DNA of 64,000 nt from an uncultured Candidatus Poseidoniales archaeon (GTDB lineage Archaea; Thermoplasmatota; Poseidoniia; Poseidoniales; Thalassarchaeaceae): the NCBI GenBank assembly GCA_902593945.1, contig CACJKA010000005.1:16643-80642 (forward strand), written 5' to 3'. Under the pieces are notes generated by a model that was given only the letters and a program-made list of their open reading frames with translations, was not told the origin of the DNA and made no database searches. This document shows positions 1 to 12,300 of this stretch, piece after piece. Within the stretch, counting starts at the first letter, position 1. Every line of letters starts with the position of its first letter. The position numbers and the translations under genes were made by a program.

Positions 1-2119
1 GACCGATTAACATAGGCAATCCCATGAGGGTCATACCAATAGTATAAATTCCATCTTTGTTGCCGTCATTTTTGAAGAATAGAACTCCTGCAGCTAGGCA
101 GTATATTATCATCAAAATCTCATCAAGTCCAAACTGCCATTGTACTATTAGATACCCAATCGCTAGGGTTGTTAGCATCACAGTAGAATTTCCAATTCTC
201 TTCTTTTTCAATTCAGAAATTAAGTGTAGTGAAGTGATTATACCTAGAATAATCAATATAGTGACGGCAGTAAAACCTCCGAAATTAGCCATGAATGTTA
301 TAGTGATTAATGGCAACCATAATCCAATACTCCATAATTGTAGTAATCCCGAATCTCTAATTGATGCAGAAATTTCAGTCACTCCAAGAAATTTCGATGC
401 TAGATTTACATCATTTTCACCTAATCTATAATTTACAATAATCATCAATAAAGATGAAACCGAAAAATAACCTAAAAGTGGAATCGGCTCTAGATGAATA
501 ATTGAACCGGGATCAGCATTACCATTCGCTACAATCAAGGTTCTAATCGCTTCTTCCATAATTTCTTCTATCATTACCCATGCCCATGGTAGAATTACAG
601 TAACTCCTCCTAAAGAGGGAGAACTTCTTTTTATTGCAAGATACCCTGTCCCAATATGAACTAAAGAAAGCCCAACTAATAGTAATGACCCCCCATCCCC
701 TGCAACGCAATTAGAAAGACAGAATGTGTTTTCCGAGGTCTGATTTGCTGGAATCATTATCACTAGTAATATGAGTATTCCAATAGATCCTGTCCATAGC
801 ACTCTATCTGTGACTGAGTGTTGGTCTCTGATCATTAGAAATCCAGTTACAAATACTCCTATTACTGCAAATACCTCATAAGAATCAAATGTTAGTAAAT
901 TTTCTGTTTCATTGATTACTAAGAAGATAGTCATTAATATAGATGAAATTAATAATGGTATCGAAACTCTTCGAGCATCTATTCCTCGTACAACAAGATA
1001 AGATCCTCCGAAAGAGGAAGCCAAAATTGAAATCAATCCTAATGCATATCCAACATCCTGTCGATTAGCACCCACGGCCATCAAAGCTCCAATCATCCCC
1101 AAGGATACTGAAACGCCCCATAAACCCGGTTCACCTAATCCTAATGCTTTGAATGCCTTTGAAAACCAGTTCTCATCTTTAGCAAATATTGCCGCCATAC
1201 TAGCATTAATCCCAGAAATAACGATAATTAAAACAAATAATAGTAGTGGTTCATCAAGTGGCAGTATTCTCATTGACCCTATACTAAATCCTTCAGTAAG
1301 TGCATGCATTCCAATCCACAGATTAGTTGATGCTATACCCAAAGCTGCCAAATTACCTGATTTTCTATGCAAAGCTAAACCGTGTACCAATATAGTTGCA
1401 ATTAATATCATCACTGCAATTCCAATTTCTCCAAAACTGAATCCTGTTGCGGAACCTATTGCTAGCAAAATCAGTGTTGATTGTGCAGCTATTGCATCAT
1501 GATTATGTCGGTAAGAAAGATATACATTGAATCCTACAAAAACTAGCAATAGTCCACCAAGAATTTCTACAGATATAATATTCCATCTTTGTAATTCTAT
1601 CGCTAAGCCATACAATACTTTCATTGAAATTATCACCCAAGTTATTCCCAATAAATGAAGATTCTTTTTAGGTATCCAAATTTCTCCTAGAATAAATCCC
1701 ATTACTGCTAAAAATATCAAAAGAATCGTTGCAAATAATGGTTCTAAAGCAATTCCTGCAACGATACTAACTCCAGAAAATAATAGAATCATTGATGCCA
1801 TTAGTATCCAATTAACTTTCCTTTCTCCGTCCTGGGCTAAGTTGGTTGTCAAATCTACTTCGGGTCTATTAATTACAGTACCATCCTTCTGAATATATCC
1901 TGGTGAGTTTTCATCTTCCTGTGCGAATGGATCAAAGATATCACCTAAAGCCTCATCAATTTGTTTAGTATCTTTTTCTTTTTCTATTTCTGGCGTGTCA
2001 CTAGGAATTAATATATCTGCTAATTCAATAGAATCACTGATCTTAAATGCTCGTTTTCGAATAAGTTCATCATCCGAATCTTCGGTGCTCACAGTATCTC
2101 TGAAAGGTATTGATGACAT
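1..2119 (-). CDS. polytopic integral membrane protein of unknown function (partial; C-terminus lies beyond the left window edge)
   Basis: Absent from the ORF track because it runs off the edge. Manual reverse-strand translation from ATG (2119-2117) gives MSSIPFRDTVSTEDSDDELIRKRAF... An ~85-aa acidic segment is followed by many helix-length hydrophobic stretches (e.g. WILMASMILLFSGVSIVAGIAL, LGGLLLVFVGFNVYL). The frame at the start codon equals the open frame at position 2. The + strand ORFs here look like antisense artefacts. Confidence 0.6.
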   Translation of the reverse strand, partial: MSSIPFRDTVSTEDSDDELIRKRAFKISDSIELADILIPSDTPEIEKEKDTKQIDEALGDIFDPFAQEDENSPGYIQKDGTVINRPEVDLTTNLAQDGERKVNWILMASMILLFSGVSIVAGIALEPLFATILLIFLAVMGFILGEIWIPKKNLHLLGITWVIISMKVLYGLAIELQRWNIISVEILGGLLLVFVGFNVYLSYRHNHDAIAAQSTLILLAIGSATGFSFGEIGIAVMILIATILVHGLALHRKSGNLAALGIASTNLWIGMHALTEGFSIGSMRILPLDEPLLLFVLIIVISGINASMAAIFAKDENWFSKAFKALGLGEPGLWGVSVSLGMIGALMAVGANRQDVGYALGLISILASSFGGSYLVVRGIDARRVSIPLLISSILMTIFLVINETENLLTFDSYEVFAVIGVFVTGFLMIRDQHSVTDRVLWTGSIGILILLVIMIPANQTSENTFCLSNCVAGDGGSLLLVGLSLVHIGTGYLAIKRSSPSLGGVTVILPWAWVMIEEIMEEAIRTLIVANGNADPGSIIHLEPIPLLGYFSVSSLLMIIVNYRLGENDVNLASKFLGVTEISASIRDSGLLQLWSIGLWLPLITITFMANFGGFTAVTILIILGIITSLHLISELKKKRIGNSTVMLTTLAIGYLIVQWQFGLDEILMIIYCLAAGVLFFKNDGNKDGIYTIGMTLMGLPMLIG

Positions 2120-2197
2120 AATCTCATCCCCTTTTTTCATTAAGTCTAAGATATATATTCATTATATCTCTATGTAATGATTGAAAAGTGATTCATA

Positions 2198-3826
2198 TTG
2201 TCAGTGTCCATGGAGACGTCGTCGAAAGGCACTGGCCCATCAGAATTTGCAACCTCATTAGCGAGTCACGGACTAGACCCCAAAGGTGCAGTACACTGGA
2301 ATCTCGGTTGGGAAGAGCTTCATGAAATTGCAGTTAAGAGAGGCGAGGCAACTCTGACTTCTCATGGAGTTCTTCTGGCGACAACCGGAGAGAGAACTGG
2401 TCGTTCACCTAATGACAGATTTATTGTTGAAGAGTCAGGACTTGCAGATGATGTTTGGTGGGGTGAGGTGAATAAATCAACATCTCCAGAAGTGTTCGAT
2501 AATTTACTATCCAAGGTACAAAATCATCTGGATAATAGAGATGTATTATTTGTCAAAGATGCTCATTGTGGTGCTGATTCAAAGTACTCAATGCCAGTTC
2601 GATTAATTACCGAAAAAGCATGGCATGCATCCTTCTTTCACAACATGTTTGTCCGAAGTGAACCAAATAAATTGGTAAATCATAAGCCAGAATATACTAT
2701 CCTACATGCGCCAGAATTATTAGCAGAACCTAAAGAAGATGGTACAAATTCAGGTGTTTTTGTAATCTTGGCATTGGACAGAGGGCTTGTTATAATCGGA
2801 GGTACGCATTATGCAGGTGAAATTAAGAAAGCAATTTTTACAATTATGAATCATATTTTGCCCGCTAAAGGTTTACTTCCGATGCACTGTTCAGCTAATA
2901 CTGATTATAAAAATTCAGCATTATTCTTTGGGCTATCGGGCACTGGTAAGACAACACTTTCCGCAGATCCAGCACGAGCACTAATTGGAGATGACGAACA
3001 CGGTTGGTCTGATGATGGGGTATTCAATTTTGAAGGTGGTTGTTATGCTAAATTGATAGGGCTTTCAAAGGAAGACGAACCAGCAATTTTCGCTACTACT
3101 AGAATGCCGGGTTCAGTCTTAGAAAACGTGATACTAGATGCCAATGGAGTGCCTGATTTTGAAGACGCGACCCTCACTCAAAATACTCGAGGATCTTACC
3201 CAATTGAATCAATTGAAAATCGTACTCCTGATTCAATGGCGGGCCACCCTAAAGATGTAGTATTCCTAACTTGTGATGCATTCGGTGTTTTACCTCCGCT
3301 TTCTAGATTAACTCCTGAACAAGCGGCTTATCATTTCATATCTGGATACACTGCTAAAGTAGCAGGTACAGAAATAGGTATTACTGAGCCTCAGGCAACA
3401 TTCTCAACATGTTTTGGTGCTCCATTTATGCCAAGACACCCTAGTGTTTATGCCGATTTACTTTCAACTAAGATACGTGATCATAATGCTAATTGTTGGT
3501 TAATTAACACAGGATGGGTTGCAGGGGGTTATGGCGATTCGAGCCGCATTCGGATTAAATGGACGAGGGCACTACTTAATGCGGCTTTAGACGGCTCACT
3601 TGATGATGTTATATTTGTAGAAGATGAAAGATTTGGTTTCAATATCCCGACTTCTTGTGAAGGAGTGCCGGATGAGATTCTTCAACCTAGACAAACTTGG
3701 CCAGACAAGAAAAGATTTGATAATGTTGCAAATCTACTTGCTCAGATGTTTATCGAAAATTTCGAACAATATTCTGAGGGTTGTAGTGAAGCAGTGTTAT
3801 CTGCTTCTCCTAAAGTCTTAGATTAA
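2198..3826 (+). CDS. pckA: phosphoenolpyruvate carboxykinase (ATP)
   Basis: 542-aa ORF with ATP-PEPCK signatures GLSGTGKTTLS (P-loop), IGDDEHGW and FNFEGGCYAK. The track start is TTG 2198. In-frame ATG at 2210 is an equally plausible start. Confidence 0.93.
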   Translation: MSVSMETSSKGTGPSEFATSLASHGLDPKGAVHWNLGWEELHEIAVKRGEATLTSHGVLLATTGERTGRSPNDRFIVEESGLADDVWWGEVNKSTSPEVFDNLLSKVQNHLDNRDVLFVKDAHCGADSKYSMPVRLITEKAWHASFFHNMFVRSEPNKLVNHKPEYTILHAPELLAEPKEDGTNSGVFVILALDRGLVIIGGTHYAGEIKKAIFTIMNHILPAKGLLPMHCSANTDYKNSALFFGLSGTGKTTLSADPARALIGDDEHGWSDDGVFNFEGGCYAKLIGLSKEDEPAIFATTRMPGSVLENVILDANGVPDFEDATLTQNTRGSYPIESIENRTPDSMAGHPKDVVFLTCDAFGVLPPLSRLTPEQAAYHFISGYTAKVAGTEIGITEPQATFSTCFGAPFMPRHPSVYADLLSTKIRDHNANCWLINTGWVAGGYGDSSRIRIKWTRALLNAALDGSLDDVIFVEDERFGFNIPTSCEGVPDEILQPRQTWPDKKRFDNVANLLAQMFIENFEQYSEGCSEAVLSASPKVLD

Positions 3827-3834
3827 CGATAAGA

Positions 3835-6048
3835 TTACAATTTTTGTGTTGCATGTCTTTGAGCATCAACTGCACAAATAGCAGCCATATGAACAACTTC
3901 TCTTACGCTATCATCTCTTTGAAGAACGTGTGCGGGCTTAGCTAATCCTTCAAGAATAGGGCCGGTCATTTCCGCGCCAGCAACTCTTTGTAGCAACTTG
4001 TATGCAATATTTGCAGAAGCTAAATTGGGGCATATTAAGACATTTGCTGGACCTTCAAATTCCATGAATGGATAATTTTCTTGGATATCTTCAATTAGAG
4101 CAGTATCTGCTTGCATAGGCCCATCAATTACAATCCCTGGGTCTAATTCTCTAGCCATCTCTATTGCTTCTTCAATACGATCGGTTCTCATTTCACCGCT
4201 GGTACCAAAGTTTGAGAAAGATAGCATTGCAACTTTTGGTTTAACTCCAAATCTTCTTGCAACTTTCGCAGTCTGAACTGCAATCTCAGCTAGGGTCCTA
4301 GAGTCCGGATAGATATTTATTGTTGCATCTCCGATGAACATTAACTGGCCGTTCACAGTCATCATGTACATCCCTACTATACGGTGAGTATCTATTGCTG
4401 GACCAATTGTTTGTAAGCATGGTTTCACGATATCTGGATAATTATGTGAAATTCCTCCAAGATATCCATCAGCATCACCCATGTGGACCATCATTGGTCC
4501 GAAATATGTAGTAGTCTTCAACAATCTGATTGCATCTTCCATAGTGAGTCCCTTCCTCCCTCTTAGTTTATGAAATTCCTTTGCATAATCTCCTCTTCTT
4601 CTTGGGTCATATCTTACATCTATGCTTTCACATTCAAATTCAAGACCTAGTTCTTCTTTTACAGCATTGATTCTTTTTGTGTGTCCTAATAATATGGGTT
4701 CACAGATATTTTCAGAAATACACTGAGCCGCTGCTTTGATTATTGTCGGGTGTTCTCCTTCAGCAAATACAATCCTCTTTTTATCTCTCCGTGCTCTATT
4801 GATCACACCCCTCATAATCGATCGAGTGAGCCCCAATCTGGCCTCTAACTCTTCACGATATTTTTCGATATTAAATTGATTTTTAGTTAGTTTGGATACA
4901 CCCTCATCAACAGCAGCCTGCGCAACTGCACTTGCTTCCCAGATCAGTACTCTCGCATCAAATGGTTTTGGAATAATGTAATCCGGACCAAATTGTATTT
5001 GCTCCCCTTCATAAGCTGCAGCAACGTCATCAGGAACAGCCTCTTTTGCTAGATTTGCAATAGCATGAGTTGCTGCCATTTTCATATTTTCAGTAATCTC
5101 TGTCGCCCTAACATCAAGAGCCCCCCGGAAAATGTATGGGAAACCCAATACATTGTTAATTTGATTAGGATAATCTGATCTTCCCGTAGCCACGATTGCG
5201 TCGCTTCTAACATCCAAGACATCATCTGGTAATATTTCTGGATCAGGATTTGCCAAAGCAAAAATTAGAGGTCTGCTGGCCATTGATTCAACCATCTTTT
5301 TACTAACAATTCCGCCTTTAGAGAGCCCTAAGAATACATCGCTATCTTTCATAGCAATTTCTAAATTTCCATCGTCGATTTCTCTTGCAAATTCGTCTTT
5401 ATATTCATTCAATTCACCATTTTTTGAACGCTTAATTGTCAAGATTCCTTTAGAATCAACCATTAGTAAATTTTTCTTTTTTACTCCTAAGCGGATATAG
5501 TGCCGAGCACAGGAAATAGCTGATGCTCCAGCCCCGGAAACAACTACTTTAATTTCTGAAATTTCTTTTTCTACAACTTCCAAACCATTCAATAGAGCAG
5601 CTCCAGAGATAATTGCAGTGCCATGTTGATCATCGTGCATTACGGGAATGTCCAACTCTTTGATCAATCTCTTCTCAATTTCAAAACATTCTGGAGCCTT
5701 AATGTCCTCTAGATTTATTCCTCCAAAAGTCGGTGAGATAGCCTTTACAGCTTCAACAAATTCATCGACATTTGTACGATCTATTTCAATATCAAAAACA
5801 TCGATATCGGCAAATGCCTTGAACAACAATCCTTTCCCTTCCATTACTGGTTTTCCGGCCAGTGCGCCGATATCACCAAGTCCTAATACTGCAGTCCCGT
5901 TACTAATAACTGCTACAAGATTTCCTTTAGATGTATAATTGAATGCAGCATCCGGATTCTTCTCGATTTCTTTGCATGGATAGGCTACGCCCGGAGAGTA
6001 TGCTAAGGACAGGTCTCTTTGTGTGCCATGAGGCTTCGTGGGGATCAC
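3835..6048 (-). CDS. maeB: NADP-dependent malic enzyme, MaeB-type (malic enzyme domain fused to a phosphate acetyltransferase-like domain)
   Basis: [44 protein letters not shown] and the Rossmann motif [14 protein letters not shown], followed by a ~330-aa PTA-like C-terminal half. The track start is GTG 6048, but conserved N-terminal sequence continues upstream (see finding). Confidence 0.92.
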   Translation of the reverse strand: MIPTKPHGTQRDLSLAYSPGVAYPCKEIEKNPDAAFNYTSKGNLVAVISNGTAVLGLGDIGALAGKPVMEGKGLLFKAFADIDVFDIEIDRTNVDEFVEAVKAISPTFGGINLEDIKAPECFEIEKRLIKELDIPVMHDDQHGTAIISGAALLNGLEVVEKEISEIKVVVSGAGASAISCARHYIRLGVKKKNLLMVDSKGILTIKRSKNGELNEYKDEFAREIDDGNLEIAMKDSDVFLGLSKGGIVSKKMVESMASRPLIFALANPDPEILPDDVLDVRSDAIVATGRSDYPNQINNVLGFPYIFRGALDVRATEITENMKMAATHAIANLAKEAVPDDVAAAYEGEQIQFGPDYIIPKPFDARVLIWEASAVAQAAVDEGVSKLTKNQFNIEKYREELEARLGLTRSIMRGVINRARRDKKRIVFAEGEHPTIIKAAAQCISENICEPILLGHTKRINAVKEELGLEFECESIDVRYDPRRRGDYAKEFHKLRGRKGLTMEDAIRLLKTTTYFGPMMVHMGDADGYLGGISHNYPDIVKPCLQTIGPAIDTHRIVGMYMMTVNGQLMFIGDATINIYPDSRTLAEIAVQTAKVARRFGVKPKVAMLSFSNFGTSGEMRTDRIEEAIEMARELDPGIVIDGPMQADTALIEDIQENYPFMEFEGPANVLICPNLASANIAYKLLQRVAGAEMTGPILEGLAKPAHVLQRDDSVREVVHMAAICAVDAQRHATQKL

Positions 6049-6310
6049 TGTTATTTTCCCAGCAGGCTTGGAAGAATGGTATTCCAGCGCATCTTTTCGA
6101 AGTTGTTTATCTGTCAGGATTACATCCCCTGTGTTCTATCCGGCATATCTCTTACCTATGATGCTATCCGATATTAATGATTTATATTATCAGCCTTGAA
6201 TACAGCCTTTTTCAATATTTAAACAGATAATATGTCACCTATGGTGCTTGAGCATAAATGGCACATTCGCCCAATTCTTTGATAATGTATAAAACTACGC
6301 GACTGGATTA

Positions 6311-9300
6311 ATGCGTATAGTGTATGATTCGGTTTCTGGCCCCCAGAAGCGAATGGCAATGATTTTAGTGGCTTTAATGCTACTACTTCCTTGGGCATCA
6401 TTTGAGTCCCCTAATCTAGAACAAGATTCTGAAACTATGAACACAATTCCTGGTGCTTGGGGGGCTGGTGGAAGTAATGATACTGGCTGGATTGAATTAT
6501 CAGCAGAGGGAGCTAATCCATCCAATGGAACCTTTGCATACGGAGACTTATTTCTTGATTTTGCACCCGGTGCATTAATCGATAATATGACTTTTGAAGT
6601 TAAAGTAAATGGTTCAGATGGTTTGTGGGCATATGAACCACAGATAACTTTACTAGATAGTCAGACTCAGATTTTAGATTGGACCGATTTAGGAGGATTC
6701 GGCATACAAGACTCATTCACTGAGAATCAACCAGATGTCAATTCCAATGGTATTCTAGACGCTCGTTTACAACCAAATTCTGTGAGCGACACCAGCTGGC
6801 AATTACCTACTGGAATTTCAATAACCGACTTAGTTATGGAAGCGTTGCGCCCAGCAGATCCAAAGGTTTCTTTTTCATCTTTAGATATTGAGATATTTGA
6901 TAGTGCAGTAAATCCAGTTGATGGTAGATTATACATTCTATTAGGCGATGATTTACTGCATTTAGATGATCAAACATCTACTATTATTGTTGATATTGAA
7001 TCAGATGTTTATGGAAGAAGTCTTGCAATAGATGAGTTCGGCAATCGTTTGTTGATAGGAACTGCTAACGGGACAATATTACAACGCAGTCTATCCGATT
7101 CTTCCATTATGGAAACATATGTTTCTTCTAATAATCAGACAGTAGATGCCTTGACGGTTGATGATTATGGTACAATTTGGGCTGTCTCCGGTTGTAGTGT
7201 TTACTACATTAGCGAAGGTAGCTTAGAATCTTACTACTATTGCCCTGGGGGCGCTATTAAGACGGCTACAGACATAGTCCCTTATGGGAATGATTTGTAC
7301 ATATCTACATATCAGGGCCTTCATTTACTAGGTTTTTCTACATCCAGTGGAGTTAATGGGACGTCGGTTACTGTAGATAGCAATGTATTATGGAATACAA
7401 ACAATTTCTTGAGTTCAGATAGGATAAATGATTTGCAATTATTCGGTTCTCAATTATTGATTGCAACAGATAATGCAGGCATAGATCGTCGTAATTTAGT
7501 TTCTAATTCTTGGATGGCAACATGGTCAACAAATAATTGGCTTTCCTCTAATCAAGTGGTTGGATTCGGTCTTACTGAAGGGTGGTTATACATACTAGCC
7601 GCAAATACTATTCACACATATGATACAAATGCATTATTCTTTTCATCCCAGAGGCAATTAACTGTCTTCGATTTGAAAGAAAACGGTAATGAAATAATTT
7701 CCTGGCCAGGCCTTGGTAAGCAAAGAAGTCCAGATTCAGGACTGGTTTTGGTAGGCGATGGTTCTGGTGTTCTGGGACGTTTAGTCGGGGAAATAAATGA
7801 TGGAATAGAAACTCTTGTTAGTAGCCCTTCAACAAACCAAATGAATCAGGTTATATTTGTTGATGACAATGAAGAAGGAGAAATCTGGGTCTCTGGAGGC
7901 ACTATAATCGATAGATTTGATGAAGCTACCCAAACATGGCTTACTCCAATTGATATATCTGACTATGTAAGTAACCCTTTCGAAATAACAGCATTTGTTC
8001 AGGATTCAGACGGATGGGTCTGGGTTGCAACAATTAATTCTGGAATCCTGAGATTAGATAATACTGATGCTTCATACATGGGGACAGTTCAGGGCATTGC
8101 TTCCAATGCAGTAAGCTCTCTTTCTCATGATTCTTATACTGAAATTTTAGTAGTTGGTCATTATGAAGATGGTTTATCATTTGTTAATACATCTTCAATG
8201 ACGCTTTCAGATGTTATTACTGAACAAGATGGGTTAGATTCTAATTTTATTAATGATGTTGTAACTAGATATGGGGTTGCATATATTGCTACCCCTGATT
8301 CAGGAGTAATGAGAATTAACTTACAAGATTTTACAATTTTATCATCTTGGCAATCCCTTGGTGCCGATAACTTAGAAGCAGCCCCATTGGCTGTTGATGA
8401 TGATATAATTTATTTTGGACTAACTGGATTTGGAATCTTATTAATCGATAGACATACTAGTGAGATTATTGACATCTGGGATGCAGATGGAAGCAGTGGT
8501 TTGCCGGATAATGATGTTCTCTCTCTCCATCTAGATTACTATGGTGGCCTAATAGTTGGCATGGAGGTCCCTAATTCAGGAGGGACATCTAATCAAGCAA
8601 TGGCTAGATGGGATGGTTCTGATTGGGAATATTTTGAAACAGATGTTCCAGGAGGTAATAATGATCCATGGAAAATTAATGACATCAAGAGTGATGCCGA
8701 CGGAGTAGTTGCGGCGACAAATCGTGGAGTTTGTACTTGGACTGGTTGGACACTCATTCAAAGCAATATCTATGAGTGGGATGAATGTATTTCTCCAATG
8801 AATACTTCAGCACGATTCAGCGAGACCTTTTCAATAGAATTGGTGCCCTTAAGTAGCTCACTTTCAGAAAATTGTTGCACTCGGATCTTAGCAGGACATA
8901 ATGAAGGAGCATCACTGATAAATCGAGATGTAGGATTAGACGTAGTAGAAAGATGGACTGCAGGAGATGACACGCAAAGAGCTAGAGTAGTCAAAGTCCA
9001 AGATATATTGTATATTGGTTTTGAGAATACAGGTATAGGGCGATATAATCTCACCAGTCAAGAGTGGCTTCAAACGTGGGATGGAGACCAAGGATTCATC
9101 GATGATGATGATGTAACTGTACTAATTCCTGGACATGTTGAAGATACAATATGGGCGGGTGGAGACTTCGGTTTGACTCTTATTAATGTAGTAAATGAAA
9201 CTGTACTTATTGATTGGGATCGTGGTTCTAATTCTGGTGGACCTACGCTTTCCAACTCTGCACCACAAGATATAGTGATAATTGATGAAATACTCCACTA

Positions 9301-12300
9301 TTCAACTCAGAGGTCAACAGCCTGGTGGCAATCAAATGATCAGATTTGGAGGATTAATTTAACTTCTAATTCTAGTGAGTCCACAATTGACGTAGGGCAA
9401 GAACTAGGTTGGAATGGTAAAATTCACAGCATAGGTCAAGTATCCGAAGAACTTTGGATTGGAATTAGGCCAACTCAATATTGGAATGAGGGAGACGGGA
9501 CTATTGCTCGTTGGAATGTTACCAATGAAACTTGGGAAGCTCCTCTGGACACTATTGGTAGTGTTGAGAGAGTAAATGCTCAATTTCTTGGGGAATGTTT
9601 CCCGATTAATGTTTCATCTTGTGAGTTATGGATTGCATATGGAGATAACATCCTCCGTCGTTTTTCCGCTCAAACAATGACATTACTTGATGAATGGACC
9701 GATATCCCTGGGCCAATTAGAGGCATAGTGGAATATCAAGATGATTATTTATTTGCCAGCATGGATGGTATTTTACGATGGGAACCCGATAATGAAACAT
9801 GGTTAGATCCTTGGGTTGTTAACGATGGATTACCATCCGATGCAAATGATGAAGTGTATACTATGATAGTCGTTGGAGATGACCTATGGGCAGGAAGTTA
9901 CAGTAGTGGAGGCTGGAACACTAATTCAGAAATAATCCGTAAAAATGGCACTTCAGGTAACTGGACAACATGGGACTTGGGTAGTGCAGGAATTCCTAGT
10001 GGTTATACTGCGGACATTGAAGTATGTGACAACATTGTTCATATAGCCGTTGGTGCAGTTAATTGGTGGGGAAATCAAGGAGGAATTGCCCGTTATGATT
10101 TATCCGATCATGATTCTGATGGTATTACCGATGAGTGGATCACTTCTTTACTAACCTCTAATGGATTAGAAGATAACGACGCCCGAGCTCTTGCTTGTGA
10201 CGAAGCGAATCGAATAATGTATGTTGGATTTGACGAAGAAGGAGTCGGAATTGCCAGATATAATTATAATACAGATCAATTCTTAACAACTTTAACAAAT
10301 TCTGTCGATGGTATCTCAGAAGATAGAATATTCCCTGGCGGTATGCTACACGATGGAAATGTATTGTTAACTGCTCATCAATTTGATACTACTGGCGGAA
10401 TATCTAGGATCATTACTTCAGGAACATCTACTGTTAATGGACAGATACTCAGTCCAGGGATGGATGGTTGCTCAATAGTTAGAGCCCCTTCATCTAGCAC
10501 CCCTATCTATGCTATAGGGCGCTCCGGGCAAACTTCAGGAATCAATAGGGTAGATAGGTTAGATTCAACAGGTTTGATAGAAAGCGGCTTTGATGAATTA
10601 ACCGGATTGACAAGTGGTAAGATACTGAATATTATTTCAAACGAAACAAATGTATGGGCAACATCGAGTCTAGGCTGGAATTCATATTATGCATCATCTG
10701 TTTTACAAGGAGAGCTTGTTAACGACACCGTTAGATGGCAATATGGTTATTCATTTGATGGCGACATAATCAATGATATTTCTTTAGACGGAGATAACTT
10801 GTGGGTGACTACAGCTGGTAATGGTTTGTATAAAATTGATTTAATACAGCGAACATTAACCCCTACATCATCTGCTCTTCATTCACAAATGGATGGAATG
10901 TTCATCGAAGAAGATGGAACTATGTATGTAGGATTAATGGGCGAATCTGGAACTTCTGCAGGATACCAAGCGTTCAATACTAATACTGAAAATTGGGGTC
11001 AAGGAAGTTTAATCGCAGGATTGCCGAGCAATATTGTTCGAGATTTCCTCGAGGTAGATAATCATGTACTAATTGCAACCAGTGGAGGTATTGGTATGTA
11101 CAATCTTACAAAAGATGGTTGGGATTCGCCAATTACTTCTTACAATGGACTCCCATCTCCAGTAATTGAACATTTGATGTTGCTAGATAGTCCAATCCAA
11201 GGCAATGGTACAATTCTAGCAGGCGGATTAGCAGGACTAACAGTTCTTGAAGCCGGAACTTATTCAATACAGAATACCATAGATTACTCTGATGGTTTAA
11301 TCGGTAATCGAGTCTCTGGAATGTTATTTGCAGATTCTGTAACTAGAGAAGTTACAGTGGGTAACTCTTCAATTATTCAACATCATAACGCATCTATATT
11401 CATTTCTCACAACGGACAAGGGGCAACACGACCTGGTGTAGCCGCTTGGGATATTGATACAGATTCCCAAAATGGAACATATCTCATAGATATGATACCA
11501 AGTAATAATGTTCTAAATCTAGCAGCAGATTCTTGGGGAGTCCATGTTGCTACAGATATTGCTCCAGTAGTACATTGGAATGGCACAATGGGGCAAATGG
11601 AAGCGGGTACAAATCCCTCTAATCTTCTATCTTGGCCACCTGTGAAGATGGTATCTAATGGCAATTATCTAGTTCTAATAGGATCTGGAGGAATTAATCT
11701 ATTAGATGTAGGAAATTCTCACTCAGTGGTTGCTTCAACTTCAGCATCAGGCTTCAACAATGCATTCATTGAATCAGATTCGTTGTTTGTAGCCGCTGAA
11801 GATGGCCTTCATGTTTGGAAAGGTAGTTTGATTGAACAGCCAAGAGAATATCAAAGAAGAGCAGAACCAATGTTTTCAGTTTTCGGAGGCAGGCAATGGG
11901 AGATAACTTCCACAACTCACCCAGGGATGTCTACGGCTCTTGTTAATTCTTCTGATCCTCTTTTTATTCCAAACGATTCCAATTCACTTCCTGGTGTTTT
12001 ACCTATGTACAATGGAGCTATGACTATCACAAGTCCAATTTCTTCATCTAATGTGTGGGCTCGCTCAGTATCATTGAATTATAGTGGTTCATGGGATTTG
12101 GCCGGAAGGAATCCTGCAATTGAGGCGGGATTCCAAAGTGCGATATCTAATGTTGGTCCCGGCTCTAATTCTGTACAACTGCATGTACAAATGCAATCTC
12201 CAATGAATGGAACAATTAGTGTTAGAATGACATATGATTGGGAAAGAATCGAAGTCCCCACTATTCTGACATCATTGAATAATCGTGCAAATGATGGCGG

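Noticed and set aside
6727-12261. Small minus-strand ORFs inside the giant gene (e.g. 6727..6936, 8770..9054, 11407..11664). The same applies to antisense ORFs inside coxA, polB, the NOL1-family gene and the ATPase gene.
   Set aside because: They are embedded antisense to long ORFs that have strong motif support. Their translations are low-complexity or Ser/Cys/Leu-rich, as is typical of antisense frames in AT-rich DNA.
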